From Dendrobates tinctorius (Eukaryota): a DNA stretch of 64,000 nt. Below are positions 61,039 through 64,000 of this stretch, in pieces. Positions within the stretch are counted from its first letter, which is position 1; every line of letters starts with the position of its first letter. Under the pieces are notes generated by a model. It was not told the origin of the DNA, made no database searches, and was given only the letters and a program-made list of their open reading frames with translations. The stretch lies in NCBI RefSeq assembly GCF_039654945.1, contig NW_027361687.1, forward strand, positions 66,588,001-66,652,000, read 5' to 3'. Position numbers and translations under genes: made by a program.

Positions 61039-61822
61039 TATACCTCCTCTCGAGAATTGAATGGCAGACCGTCCGGATAAAATGAAAAACAAACCGCTGG
61101 AAATAGGAGAGGAAAATCTGCAGTAACAGTGAAAAAAATAAAATAAAAATAAAATAATTAAAAAATAAAATACAATCAGATCATAAAATAGCCTTTATTA
61201 ATTTATGGCACAAAAAGACAACACAATATTCAATGAGTGTGCATGATATAATAAGAGGGCACATAAACCACGAATACATATAAAACAAGGCCCCACTCGT
61301 ATATACACATGAACAATTAGCCCAGTATAGGAAATATTAGAATTATCGTGGCCCATAAATTATAACAAAAAAGGCATAATTAATAAAATCAGGCAAATAG
61401 CCACCAAGGCATTAAAAACAAGGTAATGAAATCAATTAATAATATCAATCTGGTGTCCAAGTAAAGTGCAAAGAGTGCTAAGTAATGTGTAACCAACCAA
61501 GGTGAAAAAAAAACAGTGCAACAATGGAGCAGAAATACCTGGATGCCGTAATAGGAGAACGCGGTGTGCCACAAGAACACGCCCCGATGCGCGTTTTGAA
61601 ATTATGTATCCTTCGTCAGATATGTTCGCGGTTTATATGCCCTCTTATTATATCATGCACACTCATTGATTATTGTGTTGTCTTTTTGTGCCATTAATTA
61701 ATAAAGGCTATTTTATGATCTGATTTCATTTAATTTTTTAATTATTTTATTTATTTTAATTTTATTTTTTTCACTGTTCCTGCTGGTCTTCCTCTCCCCC
61801 ATTTCCAGTGGTTTGTTTTTCA
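61039..61822 (-). mobile_element. PLE pLTR-like unit, copy 2, with ~200-bp inverted arms
   Basis: 61083-61281 is inverted relative to 61620-61822. The minus strand reads hammerhead relic, about 380 nt, then AATAAA. Confidence 0.62.
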
Positions 61823-62004
61823 ACAGCTCCAAGAGGAATTCCATTTATTCCGTAACACTTTTTTTTAACCAATACCTACAAATTTGACATGCTCTTTCAG
61901 CTCAATTGGGTCATCATCTCCTAATACTGTTACTGCTATACAAGGTCATACAAGGGGTTTAAAGGGAATCTGTCACCCCCCCTACCCGGGATGTACATGC
62001 CCTT

Positions 62005-63622
62005 TTAACTCCTTTCTGACATCTGACGTACTATCCCATCCACGGTACCCGGGCCCTTATGACCGGGGACGGGATAGTACGTCATCGTGATCAGTGGCCG
62101 GGTGTCAGCTGATTATCACAGCTGACACCCGGCACTATGTGTCAGGGGCGGTCACAGACTGCCCCCGGCACGTTAACCCCTGGCACACTGCAATCAAACA
62201 ATCGCAGTGTACCGGGGTTTAGAAAAGCATCGGAAGGGAGGGGGCTCCCTCCGTGCTTCCCTGAGACCCCCACAGCAGTGCGATGTGCTGCGCTGCTCTG
62301 GGAGCCTCCTTCCCTGCAGGTCCCCAGATCCAATATGGCCACGGGGGCCTGCAGGGAGGCAGCTTCCTCAGTGCCTGCAGAGCGCAGGCATGAGGAAGCC
62401 TTGTGCAGCGCCTGTCAGATCGCTAAAATGACACAGCGCTGTGTGACTTGTCAGATCAGCGATCTAACACATGACAGTGATGTCCCCCCTGGGACAATGT
62501 AATAAAGTAAAAAAAAGTGTAAAAATAATTTGTAAAAAATTGCTAAATAAATAAAAAAAAAATATATTCCCTAATAAATTCATTTTTTGGAAATAAAAAA
62601 ACAAAGCAAAACAATAAAAGTACACATATTTAGTATCGCCGCGTCCATAGCGACCCGCCCTATAAAACTGTCCCATTAGTGAACCCCTTAAAAATAAAAA
62701 TAAACAAAGCATAAAACAATGCTTTATTATCATACCGCCAAACAAAAAGTGCAATGAAGCGCAATCAAAAAGACGGATATAAATAAATAAATAAACCACA
62801 GTACCGCTGAAAATGTCATCTTGTCCCGCAAAAAACGAGCCGCGATACAGCGTCATCAGTGAAAAAATAAAAAAGTTATAGCTCGTAGACTAAAGCGATG
62901 CAAAAATAATTGTTTTTTATATAAAATTGCTTTCATTGCATAAAAGCGCCAAAACATACAAAAAGACAAATGAGGTATCGCTGTAATCGTACTGACCTGA
63001 AGAATAAACTGCTTTATCAATTTTGCCACACGTGGAACGATGTAAACGCACCCCCCCAAAGAAATTCATGAAATTCTGGTTTTTGTTCATTCTGCATCCC
63101 AAAAATCAGAATAAAAAGCGATCAAAATATGTTACGTGCCCGAAAATGGTACCAATAAAAACGTCAACTTGTCCCGCAAAAAATAAGACCTCACATGACT
63201 CGGTGGGTCAAAATATGGAAAAATTATAGCTCTCAAAATGTGGTGATGCAAAAGCTATTTTTACAATAAAAAGCGTCTTTTAGCGTGTGACAGCTGCCAA
63301 ACATAAAAATCCGCTATAAATAGTAAATCAAACCCCCCTTTATCACCCCCCATAGTTAGAGAAAAATAATAAAATTAAAAAATATGTATTTATTTCCATT
63401 TTCCCATTAGGGTTAGGCTTAGGGCTGAGATTAGGGTTAGGGGTGTGTTGGGGTTAGGGTTGGAGTCAGAATTGGGGGTTTCCACTTTTTAGGCACATAA
63501 GGTGCTCTCCAAATGCAACATAGCGTCTGATCTTAATTCCAGCCAATTCTGCGTTGAAAAAGTCAAACGGTGCTCCTTCCCTTCCAAGCTCTGCCATGCG
63601 CCCAAACAGTGTTTTACCCCCA
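62005..63622. mobile_element. Second piggyBac-like non-autonomous element in the opposite orientation, interrupted at about 63622
   Basis: TTAACTCCTTTCTGAC end; (TTAGGG)-like tract at 63407-63480; 63480-63622 is the reverse complement of the ~380-bp unit. Confidence 0.65.
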
Positions 63623-64000
63623 TGTTTTACCACGTCAAAGTGACAGGGCGGGTACGCCCTTACTTACAAAACACTCACTAATATACAAATTAGGCACACT
63701 GAATACAGTTTTATGGTAAAACAATAATGTAACAATTTATTAAGATTACATCAGGATAATGCTAAATTATGGAATGGCAGATATAATATTACCCTGTTTT
63801 GTTAATTCATTTCATGTGAATCATACAATTAATATGAATTATAGTACATAGAGAAATAAGCATCAATACATTACCAAGTATTGTAACATCACTTCTCCAC
63901 TGGAGGGACCACAGTGTCAGTGAGAAGGAAATACTCTGGTCTTGTCATCACAGAAACCGTGCGTCCACGATACCTTCTGGAAATGTCCCTACCTCGCTGA

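Noticed and set aside
61958-62004. T2/Kolobok-type MITE end (TTAAAGGGAATCTGTCA)
   Set aside because: Only one terminus is visible before the next element, too little to call.
58620-63480. True telomere or telomere-fusion site
   Set aside because: The tracts are degenerate, 4.5 kb apart, embedded in TE sequence, and not in the TTAGGG-then-CCCTAA fusion arrangement.

Overview
Repeat-dominated eukaryotic window, most likely anuran (frog), inferred from the transposon repertoire. No host protein-coding gene is supported. The backbone is a CpG-rich two-tier tandem array (1-14984, 34453-46596, 52618-54984): runs of a 32-bp unit (CCGGTGGCACGCCAACGGGAAAAGGGTGTGCT) alternate with a diverged cassette of 31-35-bp units. 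The 32-mer has no stop codon in any frame, which explains most of the ORF track. Two deep transposon nests interrupt the array, most insertions bounded by readable target-site duplications (TSDs). Nest 1: a minus-strand L1 (14985-34452) carries a 13.8-kb hAT element (15025-28855), which carries an uninterrupted 5'-truncated CR1 and a solo LTR. Nest 2: an L2 3' fragment carries a Neptune-type Penelope-like element (PLE) with inverted ends (47010-52557), which carries a Harbinger-type MITE holding a solo LTR. The right end holds a solo LTR, piggyBac-like elements with telomere-like tracts, a Helitron 3' end and a duplicated PLE-like unit. Highlights: decayed minimal hammerhead-ribozyme motifs in three separate PLE-type units, an in-frame hAT-CR1 RT chimera, a hairpin-forming repeat unit with a fixed unit order, and three inversions sharing one breakpoint.
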